Shown here piece after piece: positions 18,154-28,500 of a stretch of 64,000 nucleotides of DNA. Position 1 is the stretch's first letter. Each line of letters starts with the position of its first letter. The notes beneath the pieces are model-generated. The model had not been told where the DNA came from. It worked only from the letters and a program-made list of their open reading frames with translations, and did no database searches. The translations under genes and the position numbers were made by a program. The stretch covers positions 9,129 through 73,128 of the forward strand of contig JABJEI010000019.1 in NCBI GenBank assembly GCA_018663245.1. The letters run 5' to 3'. This DNA is from a bacterium. GTDB lineage: Bacteria; Babelota; Babeliae; Babelales; JABJEI01.

Positions 18154-19287
18154 TCAACCTTGTGGAGTTTGATTGCTTGTTGGCAATACTGGCATCACGA
18201 GATAGGTTACCTGCGTGCGTTCATTGCCTGCTTCAAAAAGAATAGGCTTGGATGGTCCGCCTAGCGAGAATGATAGTTCTTTATCATTAAACACTTGTAA
18301 GCCACTCAAAAGATACGGTGCATAAAATCTGATTGAAGTATCTTGTGCAAGACCGGTTACCGGTATGCTTTCTTGCATGCTACCAACATCTTTGTTGGTC
18401 ATCGCTACATTTACAGCATCTTGGTCAAAATTGAACTTGGTTGCGATAAATTGCCCAGAAAGCAGACAAGCCGAGCGTCGAAGTGTTTTGATAAATGAAC
18501 TTCGATCAACAGTTGCAGCTTGGAATCCATCTTTTTTCAAGATAGCTTCGTATTGTGGGAACTTGTCTGTCAAAAGTTTGGTGAAAAAGTTGAATGTCTC
18601 GCTAGAGAAAACAAGCTGATTATCACATGTGCCTAAAAATACAGTCTTTTTTTGGTTAATTTCCAGTAATTTTTTGAGCTCAAAAATAGCTCGTCGTGGC
18701 AGTAACCATCGTTTTTCTTCGGGGAGTGTTGTTGTCGTTGAAGTTACCTGCGCTAAGCAGTGTCCATCGGTACTTGTCATTTTGAATGCCGTTGGAGACA
18801 GCTCAAAATAAAGACCATTGAGTGATGGATTTGCATTGTTCTGTGGAACAAGAAAGGCGACCTTGTTGATCATATCCAGTAAGAATGATCCTTCAAACTG
18901 CATCAAGTTCTCTATGCGTTCAGGGAACGGCGGGAACTCTTGGGCCGGCTTGATAAGCAGGTCAAAGTGTACAGATCCTGAGCGTAACGTGAGCTGTGAA
19001 TCGCTTAGTTCACATGCGATGCTGTCCTCAAGCTCTTTAACTAGGTCAAACATCCGTTTGCCCGGTACTAGAAAAGATTGGCTTTGAGTAAGGTCACTTT
19101 GTTCTAGATATCCGCTAGTTTGTAAACTAATTTCTAGATCTGTTCCCTTCAACGTAAGCTCTTTGCTTCCTACGTGGAACAGGACGTGCGATGTAGTTTC
19201 AACTGTTGTTCTTCTTGTACAGATGGGCTGCATTGAACCCAGCATTTCGAGTAACAGTTTTTTTTCTACGCAAAACGAGGCTTGCAT
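18154..19287 (-). CDS. dnaN: DNA polymerase III beta sliding clamp
   Basis: 377 aa with a three-domain clamp-like pattern. Lies immediately upstream of recF (canonical dnaN-recF pair). C-terminal ..YLVMPV motif. Confidence 0.85.
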   Translation of the reverse strand: MQASFCVEKKLLLEMLGSMQPICTRRTTVETTSHVLFHVGSKELTLKGTDLEISLQTSGYLEQSDLTQSQSFLVPGKRMFDLVKELEDSIACELSDSQLTLRSGSVHFDLLIKPAQEFPPFPERIENLMQFEGSFLLDMINKVAFLVPQNNANPSLNGLYFELSPTAFKMTSTDGHCLAQVTSTTTTLPEEKRWLLPRRAIFELKKLLEINQKKTVFLGTCDNQLVFSSETFNFFTKLLTDKFPQYEAILKKDGFQAATVDRSSFIKTLRRSACLLSGQFIATKFNFDQDAVNVAMTNKDVGSMQESIPVTGLAQDTSIRFYAPYLLSGLQVFNDKELSFSLGGPSKPILFEAGNERTQVTYLVMPVLPTSNQTPQG

Positions 19288-19382
19288 CGGTTTAATACCT
19301 TTTTCTGTGAAAACTGGTTATCAAATGTATTGCATCACAGTATACATGAAAGGTGTGATGTGCGTAAGGCGAACCGTTTTTT

Positions 19383-20399
19383 TTAGTCTATATATTGAAT
19401 GTTTTTATATTCATTGTTTTTTTCTAAACCGAAGGTAACCTTCTTTTTTGGCTTTATTATTTTAATTGTAGCTTTTTTACTTGAGCCGGTGGAGTCATAG
19501 TTGACGATGTTGTTGTTAATACAGTAGCAATAGGATTTGAATCTTTCAGTAGAGTCATAGGAATTGTTGTCTGTAAGTTTAAACGACCCCAATGATGACT
19601 GTGTAAGTGAAACGTAACGTTGTGAAGATAGTAAGCCTTTGTCTGTAAAATTATAGGTTTCGGAGATTTTTTTTGAGAATTCTTCCTTAATTTTTTCAGC
19701 ATTTTTTTCTTGGTAACAGAATAATTCGTAATCTTCAACCAACTTTGATGGGCTGTCCGGTGAGCTATTTTTTTGATCAAGAATCAAATATTTTAAGGAT
19801 AGCTTGTATTTTGGGCTTGGTGTTTTCTGTACTTCAACTGTGAACTTTTTACCGTTTTTATAGCTCTTTTCAGTTTTTTCTGTGATGGCAGAATCGTACT
19901 TTGAAAAAACATTGCGTGCTGTATCTTCTTGTTGATAAGATTCCATTTTTAACTTATTAACATAATGTTCAAAATCTGTTTCATCATCTGTTTCATCTTT
20001 ATCACACTCGTTAAAATATCTATTTATTTGTGATGTATTGTTGTTTGAATTATATGCTTCAAAGACGACTAGTCTATGTCTTGGTGAATAATCTTTTATT
20101 TTGTAAAATTCGTTTTTAGTTTTGGATGATAGACCTTCAGGATTTGCGGCCTTTGACGTAAGAGTATAAAAATCCAAATCGTTATCGTTTTTTTTAGAAA
20201 GTTTTGAGGCTTTAAGTCGATAATCGTTAAATGGTCCAGTTGTTCTGTTTTTGTTATACAACTGAATCCAATCCTCTGGGGAGTACCGTTCGCAGGATCT
20301 TTCTTCTGTAAAGCCACATGATGTTTGTTCTACTGTCGCAAGCATTACAATTAAAAGAGGAAGGTAATGTTTTAGCGTAGATATAGATTGCTTTTGCAT
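19383..20399 (-). CDS. Secreted hypothetical protein, paralogue family member 1 (338 aa)
   Basis: Signal peptide with LKHYLPLLIVMLA. Asn/Lys/Tyr-rich. Shares DWIQLYNKNRTTGPFNDY..LSKKN with member 3 (NWKKLFIEEQSGPFKRY..LTKKN). Confidence 0.65.
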   Translation of the reverse strand: MQKQSISTLKHYLPLLIVMLATVEQTSCGFTEERSCERYSPEDWIQLYNKNRTTGPFNDYRLKASKLSKKNDNDLDFYTLTSKAANPEGLSSKTKNEFYKIKDYSPRHRLVVFEAYNSNNNTSQINRYFNECDKDETDDETDFEHYVNKLKMESYQQEDTARNVFSKYDSAITEKTEKSYKNGKKFTVEVQKTPSPKYKLSLKYLILDQKNSSPDSPSKLVEDYELFCYQEKNAEKIKEEFSKKISETYNFTDKGLLSSQRYVSLTQSSLGSFKLTDNNSYDSTERFKSYCYCINNNIVNYDSTGSSKKATIKIIKPKKKVTFGLEKNNEYKNIQYID

Positions 20400-20556
20400 G
20401 ATTATAGCCTTTACTGCCAGGTGTATTTTGTTTTTTTATTTGTTTAAATAATAACAACCGCGCATGAAAAGTTAAATAGAAAACATATCTAATTTCAGTC
20501 TAAACGATGGCATATTTAGCTGTTGTTTGGTGTGAATATTTTTAACGATAGTTTTT

Positions 20557-21573
20557 TTATTCGCCTTTGATGCAGGTGTGAAACGATGTTATTTTACCAT
20601 CATTATTGTAATTAAGAGATTTGGCGGTTAGTTCTAAGGTTGTTTTACCTTGGAATAAGCTAGCTTGATGTTCGTGCATATAAAAGGGTTTTTTGATTTT
20701 GAGAAGTTTATCGGTTAGTTCCGTGTTTGCCTTTTGTGAGTCTGTTCCTTGATATAAATATAGGCTTTGGTTCTCAGGTGAAGAGAATATCACTTTATCC
20801 CAATTATACTTTTGGCAAGCAAATCTCAGTTGTCTTAGTTGTTCATTTGTACGGTAATAGTATGCAGTGTTGTCATGTAATGTAAGATCGCTATTTGAGT
20901 GATTAATTTTTTTATAATTATCTTGTATATGTTGGTTATAGTCATTGTTTAAGAGAGTGATTTTTTGATCAAATAAGTTTCTATTGGGATCGAAGAAATC
21001 TTTATTTATATACGTGGAATTGTCTGGATAAACATTTGTAAGAGTTACTGTTTTTTGTACTTTGTCGTACTCTAACGTGCTGTTGATGTTGTTGACTTTG
21101 GTGTTAAACGTTAATTTTCGAGTCTCTTTAAACTTGTTAACTATTATATCGCGATGCTTTTTATTAAAAAGTCTCTTTAGCTCGGCTTGTTTGCTTATGA
21201 AAGAAGAAGAGCTGTTGGTAGTTTCGACATCATCGCCAGCTATGCAGAAGCTGATATTAGTTTGATCTTGAAATCCGGTAGGCGTCATGCTGATGGTGTA
21301 AAATATTTTGCGATTGTCCGTAGATTCACAGGTGATAGTTTTTGTATGAGCAACCTGTCCAAAATTTGTAATGGCTTTCTCGTGTAGTTTGTATTGTGAA
21401 ACTAGACTGTCGGGACCTGTTTTTTGGAAATCTTTTTCTGCAACATGTCTGTAGGCTTTCGTTTTAACGACGCACAGAGTCTGACTAGTCGCTGTGAGAA
21501 TTAAGATTAAAATCGGCAAGTAATGCTTCAATGTTGGCCGATGTTGGCGATTATTAGTGCGCATGTTTGTCAT
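20557..21573 (-). CDS. Secreted hypothetical protein, paralogue family member 2 (338 aa)
   Basis: Same length as member 1, with signal peptide LKHYLPILILILTA. Confidence 0.65.
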   Translation of the reverse strand: MTNMRTNNRQHRPTLKHYLPILILILTATSQTLCVVKTKAYRHVAEKDFQKTGPDSLVSQYKLHEKAITNFGQVAHTKTITCESTDNRKIFYTISMTPTGFQDQTNISFCIAGDDVETTNSSSSFISKQAELKRLFNKKHRDIIVNKFKETRKLTFNTKVNNINSTLEYDKVQKTVTLTNVYPDNSTYINKDFFDPNRNLFDQKITLLNNDYNQHIQDNYKKINHSNSDLTLHDNTAYYYRTNEQLRQLRFACQKYNWDKVIFSSPENQSLYLYQGTDSQKANTELTDKLLKIKKPFYMHEHQASLFQGKTTLELTAKSLNYNNDGKITSFHTCIKGE

Positions 21574-21575
21574 AA

Positions 21576-23000
21576 TTATTGCCTGTATTTTTGTGTGTTT
21601 TGGTTGGGTTTTGTGGTATATGGTAGATTGCGATTTCTCTTTTTGGGGTTGCGATTGTTGCTTGACCGGTGATGGTTAGCCATTGTGATGATTGGAGAAA
21701 AGACTTTGATAGGGATAGTTTTTTGGCTTGGTAGAGCTCGGCTTCTTTTCAGGGCTGTGACTCCTAAGCGATTGTTCTGCGTTATTTTACGATAATAACC
21801 ATATCCTGGAGAGTCTGTCAGCATAGAAAAGTCTGAAATTGCGCCACCAGTTGCAGCTAGATTTTCAAATTTTTCAGTATATTTTATATGCGCCTTTTGG
21901 GCGTCAGGCTGCAAGAAGTTCCTGTATTCATTATGAGATGTTGTACTTACACCTTGTGAACTAGTTGCTTTTAGCCTAAACGATATTCTTTTATTTAAAC
22001 CGTGTTTTATTTCATATACGACTTGTTTGCCGTTGTAATGGTTGTTTACAATTTCTTCTGTTATTTGACCTTTTATTCGTTGTGCTTGTTTTGCGGCAAT
22101 TAGTTTGTTACGAGAATGGAAGTATTCTTTCCATGGTTTTGGGTGATTGTTTTGCTTTTTTTGTCGACATTTAAGATTTGGGACACTGGTCTGATCAAGT
22201 TTCTTTTGCTGTTGAAGGGGTTGGTTGTCGTTATAGTAAACGCGATATGATCGATAATCTTTTTTGTAATCACCAAAATAATGAATTTTATAGATTGATG
22301 AGCCGATTGAGTGTTCAAAGATACTTTCTTCGCTTAACAATGGTTGGTCGTTTTTTAAACAATTAATGAAACTATTGAAATCTTTGTTGTTTGGATATTC
22401 ATCTGATTCATATAATTTGTGATAATTTTGAGTGCTGAATTGTGTAGCTTTGTTTTTTGTTAAGACCAAGTACTCTGAAGATTCATCGAGATTTTTTTTG
22501 TGCTTAGCAAGGATAGTTTGATTTGGGTAATAATCTGTTTTTTCCATAGAATATTCCATATTTGTATGGAACTCAGGGGTATATTTTTTTGCAAATTTGC
22601 CAACAAGCTCATCGAAATCAGTCTTGTTTAAAAAGTGATGCTCCTCTTGCCCTGCAACATAGACATCCTTCATTTTAAGATGCAGAATTCCGCGATCTGG
22701 TATGTATTGTATAGAACAACGCCCGGAAGCGGTTGAGCAAGATAAGCCGTTATGGCGCTTCGAAGCTTCTATTATTTCATGAAGCTCAATATTTTTTTTG
22801 GTCAGCTTAAGAAATTGATCAGAATAACGCTTAAATGGCCCAGATTGCTCCTCTATAAATAATTTTTTCCAATTTTTTTCTGAGTGCAGCATGCAGTTTA
22901 TTAATGCTTGGTAACACAGTGAGTGTTGGATGGTTGCAAAGATTAACAATGAAATATAAAGAAGCTTTCTTGTATTACGAGCGTGGATGTTTTTTGTCAT
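21576..23000 (-). CDS. Secreted hypothetical protein, paralogue family member 3 (474 aa)
   Basis: Start chosen at MTKNIHARNTRKLLYISLLIFATIQHSLC (signal peptide). The longer tracked ORF (to 23261) would overlap the recombinase by 287 nt. Confidence 0.6.
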   Translation of the reverse strand: MTKNIHARNTRKLLYISLLIFATIQHSLCYQALINCMLHSEKNWKKLFIEEQSGPFKRYSDQFLKLTKKNIELHEIIEASKRHNGLSCSTASGRCSIQYIPDRGILHLKMKDVYVAGQEEHHFLNKTDFDELVGKFAKKYTPEFHTNMEYSMEKTDYYPNQTILAKHKKNLDESSEYLVLTKNKATQFSTQNYHKLYESDEYPNNKDFNSFINCLKNDQPLLSEESIFEHSIGSSIYKIHYFGDYKKDYRSYRVYYNDNQPLQQQKKLDQTSVPNLKCRQKKQNNHPKPWKEYFHSRNKLIAAKQAQRIKGQITEEIVNNHYNGKQVVYEIKHGLNKRISFRLKATSSQGVSTTSHNEYRNFLQPDAQKAHIKYTEKFENLAATGGAISDFSMLTDSPGYGYYRKITQNNRLGVTALKRSRALPSQKTIPIKVFSPIITMANHHRSSNNRNPKKRNRNLPYTTKPNQNTQKYRQ

Positions 23001-23883
23001 AAAGCTTCCTGAGGTCGGTTGTGTCAAGGTGTGTGTAAATCTGTACAGTTGCCAGACTTTCGTGCCCAAGAAGAAGTTGTAGGGAGCGTAAATCAGCTCC
23101 CTGACGCAGTAGATGTGTTGCAAGCGAGTGTCGTAGCATGTGGGGGTGTATGTTTTGGCCGACTGGTAATACCGTACGTGCCATTTTTTTGAGCAGGCCC
23201 CAGAAGGCTTGTCGCGACATTGGCTGAAGATTACCGGCGTATCGAACGGGAAACACCACATCGGTTACAGTTTCTTTGATCATTGTTTTGCGTTCTTTTT
23301 TTAAGTACGCTTTGAGCATGCCAATTATTTGGCTGTGCACCGGAACCAGGCGCTCTTTGTCCCGTTTACCCATTATGGATATAAGTCCCTCGTCAAGTTT
23401 TAAGTTGGCTAGCCGTAGGTTTACGAGCTCACTGACCCGTAATCCTGCTCCATACAAAAGGTGCAACATTACAGCGTTGCGTACGCCACCATGACTTGTA
23501 TCTTTTTTACTAGACTCAAAAAGTTGCGCAATTTGCGTTTCTGACATGAGCCCGGGGAGTCGCTTGTCTATTTTAGGGAACACAAGTTCGGCCGCGCTGT
23601 TTGGTAGCTTGTGGTATTGGTTAAGGTATGCAAAAAATGATTTTAAAGAAGAAATTTTGCGAGAAAGCGTCCTACTACCAACCTGTTGCTTTGTACGTAG
23701 ATCTTTAATAAACGCTTTTAAATCTTGGACGCTTGGGTGTTGAGAAATGCTTTGTTCTTTGCAAAACGAGACCAGTTGTCGTATGTCGCTAATGTACGCA
23801 TTTACCGTATTCTTTGAGGCACGTTTTTGTGTTAATAGATAAGCCCGAAAGGCCTCTACGAGACGTTTATCCAAACCAATCAT
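22975..23883 (-). CDS. XerC/XerD-family tyrosine recombinase
   Basis: Catalytic region GLRVSEL, HMLRHSLATHLLRQGADLRSLQLLLGHESLATVQIYTHL. GAGGGA Shine-Dalgarno sequence 4 nt before the ATG at 23883; the tracked start at 23922 would overlap proS. Confidence 0.85.
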   Translation of the reverse strand: MIGLDKRLVEAFRAYLLTQKRASKNTVNAYISDIRQLVSFCKEQSISQHPSVQDLKAFIKDLRTKQQVGSRTLSRKISSLKSFFAYLNQYHKLPNSAAELVFPKIDKRLPGLMSETQIAQLFESSKKDTSHGGVRNAVMLHLLYGAGLRVSELVNLRLANLKLDEGLISIMGKRDKERLVPVHSQIIGMLKAYLKKERKTMIKETVTDVVFPVRYAGNLQPMSRQAFWGLLKKMARTVLPVGQNIHPHMLRHSLATHLLRQGADLRSLQLLLGHESLATVQIYTHLDTTDLRKLYDKKHPRS

Positions 23884-23905
23884 GATTCCCTCTCTTGCAA
23901 ACGAC

Positions 23906-25336
23906 TTAGTACGCTTTTGCAACGACTATGTCACCCAAACTTTTTTTGGTACAGGCAAAGCACTCAGGTGATTCGTTGGTTGCGATCAAACATCGAATAG
24001 TTGCTTTACATGATTTTAGCTTGTCTTCGCATGCGTCTGATTGACACCAGCCAACGATGTATGCACCGTTTTCTTTGTTTAGAATTGGTCCCCATTCGGC
24101 CAACTTGTTGCCACGTTTTGTTAATTCTTGATTGCGTGCTTCTGCTCGTTGAAATAGTGCTTGCTGAGTATCGTCTAATGTTTTTGAAATCATGTGTGAT
24201 ATCTCAGTTAATGCAATTGATTCTTTTTTGCAGGTTAATCGGTTCGCGATGGTGACGCTTTGTGATTCAAGATCACGCGCTCCAAGCTCTATACGAACTG
24301 GTACTCCTTTGAGCTCCCAGTTGTAGAACTTAGCGCCCGGGGTTTGGGTCGCATCCAGGTCTAGCTTAACGCGTATTCCGGACTGTTTTAGCTCAGAGTA
24401 TATTTTTTGAGCTTCTTCTAGTACGGCTTGATTGTCTTGATTGGCCTTGATGATCGGGATAATGACGACCTGAATAGGGGCAACCTTTGGAGGCAAAATT
24501 AAGCCTTTTTGGTCACCGTGGGTCATAATTAATGCGCCAATTAATCTTGTGGTTGCGCCCCAGCTTGTGAAGTGCGGGGTTGCTAGCTTCCCATCTTTGT
24601 CCTGATACGCGATATCAAAAGCTTTACCAAAACTTTGTTGAATGTGGTGCGATGTGCCCATCTGTAGCGCCTTGCCATCGGGCATGATAGCTTCCATGGT
24701 GTAGGTGTTTTTTGCACCAGCAAATTTTTCGGATTCGGGTTTTTCGCCTTTGATAACAGGTATTGCCAGATAGTTTTGAATAAGATCTATGTACTGGTCC
24801 AGCATGAGTAGTGCTTCATCATGAGCTTCTTGTTCTGTTGCGTGAGCGGTATGCCCCTCTTGCCAAAAGAACTCAGAAGTGCGTAGAAACGGTCGAGGTC
24901 GTTTCTCCCAACGGACAACCGAACACCACTGGTTTAATTTTAGTGGTAAGTCGCGCCATGACTTGATCCAACGAGAGAACATGTGATACATCATCGTCTC
25001 AGAAGTTGGCCTGATTACCAGTGATTCCTCAAGCTTTTTACCACCTGCATGAGTAACAACAGCTAGCTCTGGGGCAAATCCTTCGATATGTTCAGCTTCT
25101 TTACGCAAAAAAGATTCGGGAATCAAGAGCGGCAACATGATGTTTTCGTGGTCAGTATCCTTAATTTTTTTGTCCAGGATTGTTTTTATACTTTCCCAAA
25201 TTTGGCAACCGTATGGACGGATAACAATGCAACCGCGGACTGGCGCCGTATCGGCAAGATCCGAACGGTAAACAACATCGTTATACCAAGAAGAAAAATC
25301 GGTCGTAATATTGGGTAATTTGTTTTTCATAATCAA
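23906..25336 (-). CDS. proS: Prolyl-tRNA synthetase, archaeal/eukaryote-like type
   Basis: 476 aa with no bacterial INS editing insertion. Class II motifs RPTSET and FWQEGH. Anticodon-binding VVIIPI. C-terminal Zn-binding-like domain ending in conserved Tyr (..VVAKAY). Confidence 0.9.
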   Translation of the reverse strand: MIMKNKLPNITTDFSSWYNDVVYRSDLADTAPVRGCIVIRPYGCQIWESIKTILDKKIKDTDHENIMLPLLIPESFLRKEAEHIEGFAPELAVVTHAGGKKLEESLVIRPTSETMMYHMFSRWIKSWRDLPLKLNQWCSVVRWEKRPRPFLRTSEFFWQEGHTAHATEQEAHDEALLMLDQYIDLIQNYLAIPVIKGEKPESEKFAGAKNTYTMEAIMPDGKALQMGTSHHIQQSFGKAFDIAYQDKDGKLATPHFTSWGATTRLIGALIMTHGDQKGLILPPKVAPIQVVIIPIIKANQDNQAVLEEAQKIYSELKQSGIRVKLDLDATQTPGAKFYNWELKGVPVRIELGARDLESQSVTIANRLTCKKESIALTEISHMISKTLDDTQQALFQRAEARNQELTKRGNKLAEWGPILNKENGAYIVGWCQSDACEDKLKSCKATIRCLIATNESPECFACTKKSLGDIVVAKAY

Positions 25337-25483
25337 AAAAAACCGCTTAGCAGGCTTAAAAATATACCGACTGTAGTTTAACCAAGAGATGTTTGTGGAT
25401 CAAGGTTTTGCGCCTTTATCCATACTTTTTTGCTCTAATCAATCTCTTATGTTAAATAAATTTTCAATTAGAATTGATTTTCA

Positions 25484-25512
25484 TTGCAAAAACGGTGTAT
25501 ATGTTGTATAAT
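25484..25512 (+). promoter_or_regulatory. Near-consensus sigma70 promoter for the giant coiled-coil gene
   Basis: TTGCAA, 17-nt spacer, TATAAT. It lies inside the 5' extension of the tracked ORF, which argues for the downstream start at 25561. Confidence 0.6.
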
Positions 25513-25560
25513 AGATTTAATGGTATGGAGGTTTTAGAAAAGTTATTGATGGGTACCATA

Positions 25561-28500
25561 ATGAAGAATTTAAACATACTAAGTTTCCTGGCATTTTTGT
25601 TGGTCGCTGTTCAGGCGCCAATTTTTTCTATGCAAAAACAGCTTCTTACCGATAGATCTACGGGTCAGAATGTGAAATCGATCGTTAATATTGATACTGC
25701 GAAGAATAGAGCTAGAGTCTTACAGAGGCATTCTGTTATCAATGATCCGAATGCAAATCCGTTAAGGGCTATTTCACATCAAGTACCTGTTGCGAATGAT
25801 CTAAAAAAGATAAAAAAATCTGAGCAGAAAGTTGTGTCTGATCTGTTTGATCATGAGGCTAATTACTCTATTGATACGGATTCTATTGATTATGATGCTT
25901 TCAATTTGAGCGATGAACCTAAAGTAAGTTTGTCAGATGCTGCAGAAGCTATGGCAGGATTTAGTGAGGGACTTAAGTCTTTGTATGTTTATGGCAAAAC
26001 GGCTTTAGCTAACGCTGCAATACGCAGGTTAAAGGGCCCGAATAAGCAAGGTTCGCAGAATGAGCCTGTTAAACAAACTGCTGATGACATTCGAGCTTCA
26101 GTGGATTTAGCAACAATTATGAACATTATAAATGGCGCTCAAAGAGCGAAAAAAGCTTTTGATATAAGCCAAGTGAAGATTGCTTTTTTAAATAAAGAAG
26201 TAGCAAGTCTAAAAGATCAAAATGCCACTAATAAATCTGAAAGAACGTTAGTCGACAAGCGGCTGTCTGAACAGAATAAAATTTCTGAACAAATGCAGAA
26301 CAGGCTTCAGGCTATGAATACTAATGCTGCAAAACTGGAAGCTCAGCTTCGACAAGAAGTGCAAAAGAGTAAAGGTGATCAGACTAAGATTTCTAAAAGG
26401 CTCGATCGATTAGGTGAGGATCTGAAGAAAAGTCAGATCGCTAACGCAAAGTTTGTAGATAGAATTAATCAGTCAAAATCTGCGAATATTGGGTTAGAAA
26501 ATCAACTTGCGCAAAAGAATCTGTCTTTTACTGACTTGCAAACTCAGTTTGATGAATTACAAAGTAAGCTTGAGGCACAGCTAGAACGCGAGCGTCAATC
26601 AACCGACCTTGAGAAGACTACGACTGACGAATTAAACCGATTTAAAGAACAGGTTAAGAAGCTTGAGGGTAAAAATACCACCCTTGAGAATAATAATGCT
26701 CAAATAAAGCAAGATCATGAAAAACAACAGGAAGAACATCTTAAAGATAAAATGGCTTTCCAAGAGAATAATGATGCTTTAAAAAATAAAATAGAATTGG
26801 CTAAGCAGAAAATTACTTCCACGGAAATGAACGTTGAAGCTATTAAAAAAGCTACAAAAGCAAGACATGAAAAAGATAAAGAAGATATTGAGCAGATGAA
26901 AATTTTGCAGCAAGAAGCGCTTGATAAGCAAAATGCGTTGGATGATAAACTAAAAGCTAAAGAACAAGAAAATATAAGTCTTAAGAATAACAATGTCGCG
27001 ATTTCAAATGAGCTTGAGCTTGCTCGAGAAAGCTTCAGAGGTGATAGTAAAAAGTTATTAGAGCTTATCGAGTCGACGAAGGCTCAGATTTCCAAATCAA
27101 AAAATAAGCTTGCTGAACAACAGAAGATCAATGAAGATCTTAAAAGTCAGTTGGATGGTGCGCATAATACTTTAGATGAGCAAGCTACAAAGTTGGCTGA
27201 AGAAAACAAAAAACATGCAGAGCGTGAGGGGAAACTTGAAGCGCAGATTAAACAAGCGAATGATGCCAATCTGGCGTTAACCAAAAAGAACAATGAAGCT
27301 GCTCGTGATCAAACGCATACCTATGAACAAGAACTTGCCAAGCAGGAAGCTAAATTAGGTCGTGAGAAGCAGAAAAATGAGCTTCTTGAGTTGCACAATA
27401 ATGATATTTTAACAAAATTTAATAGTGATAGAGCTGGCTTTAAAGAAGATAAAGAGAAGCTAGTTGCTATGGAAGCATCGACGAAGGCTACACTTGTCGA
27501 AGCAAGCAAAAAACATGCAGAGCGTGAGGGGCAACTTGGGACGCAGATTAAACAAGCTAATGATTCCAACCTGGTACTGACCCAAAAGAACCTTGAAATA
27601 CAAAAGCAAGCTACAGAATTACAAAAAAGTTTGACGAAGGCTAAAGCTAGTACTGCTGCACAAGCAAAAACGGCAGAGATTTCACGCAAACAAAAAGAAG
27701 AAGAGTACAAGGTGAACCTTGAAAAGCTAAATACTAAATCAGATGAGCAGGCTAAGCGCTTAGTAAGTCTTGATAAAGAATACAATGAGCTTGAGTGGCG
27801 CTTTAAGCATAACTTGTACGAACTTAATAAAAAACATACGAGTGAATTAAAGGTTGAAAAGCAAAAGCGTGATAAGACTGAGCAAGACTTGAAAAAAAGT
27901 CAGATTAATCTTTCAGCTGCGTTAAAGCGTAGCAAAAAATTTAAGGAATCTTTGGAGGATCAAGGGAAGCGTCTTGAGTTCGAGACTAGAGCGCTTCGCT
28001 TAGAAGAAGAAAAATTATCGTTAGCAGTTGAACAGCAAAAGATTGCCGCTGAAGAATCTAAAAATAAACTTGTCAAAAAGCAGCGCTTACTTGAAGGGTT
28101 GCAAACGAAGCTAACACAGCTTGAGGATCAACTTGGAGCGCAGATTAAACAAGCTACTGATACCAAAGCAGTATTGACCAAAAAGAACGTTGAAGCGCAA
28201 AAAAGAGCTACAGAATTACAAGAAAGTTTGACGAAGGCTAAGGATAAGACCTCGCAAGTGCAAAATGCCACTATTCAACAAAAGCTAGTCTACGAACAAA
28301 AGCTTGATAAGCAACGAGAAAAATTCAAGTCAGAATTTAGCTTGATGGAACAAAAATCGAAAAATAAAGCTGCAGATTTTAGTGCTTTAGAGGCTGAAAA
28401 TAAAACGCTTAATAAGAATATTACCTCGTTAACTACAAGCGCAAAAGAAGCCGATAAAGCTTCTAAGAACAAGATAGAGTCTCTTAATAGTTTGAATGCT

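Noticed and set aside
23001-23261. An 87-codon N-terminal extension of paralogue 3, overlapping the Xer recombinase gene.
   Set aside because: The extension lies in another frame of the well-supported recombinase CDS. The internal ATG at 23000 is followed immediately by a signal peptide like those of the two paralogues.
19383-23922. A Xer-like recombinase plus tandem paralogues acting as a site-specific inversion or shufflon system.
   Set aside because: The recombinase looks like a housekeeping XerC/D. All three paralogues are co-oriented, and their 5' ends are conserved at protein level but not at nucleotide level. No inverted recombination sites are evident.
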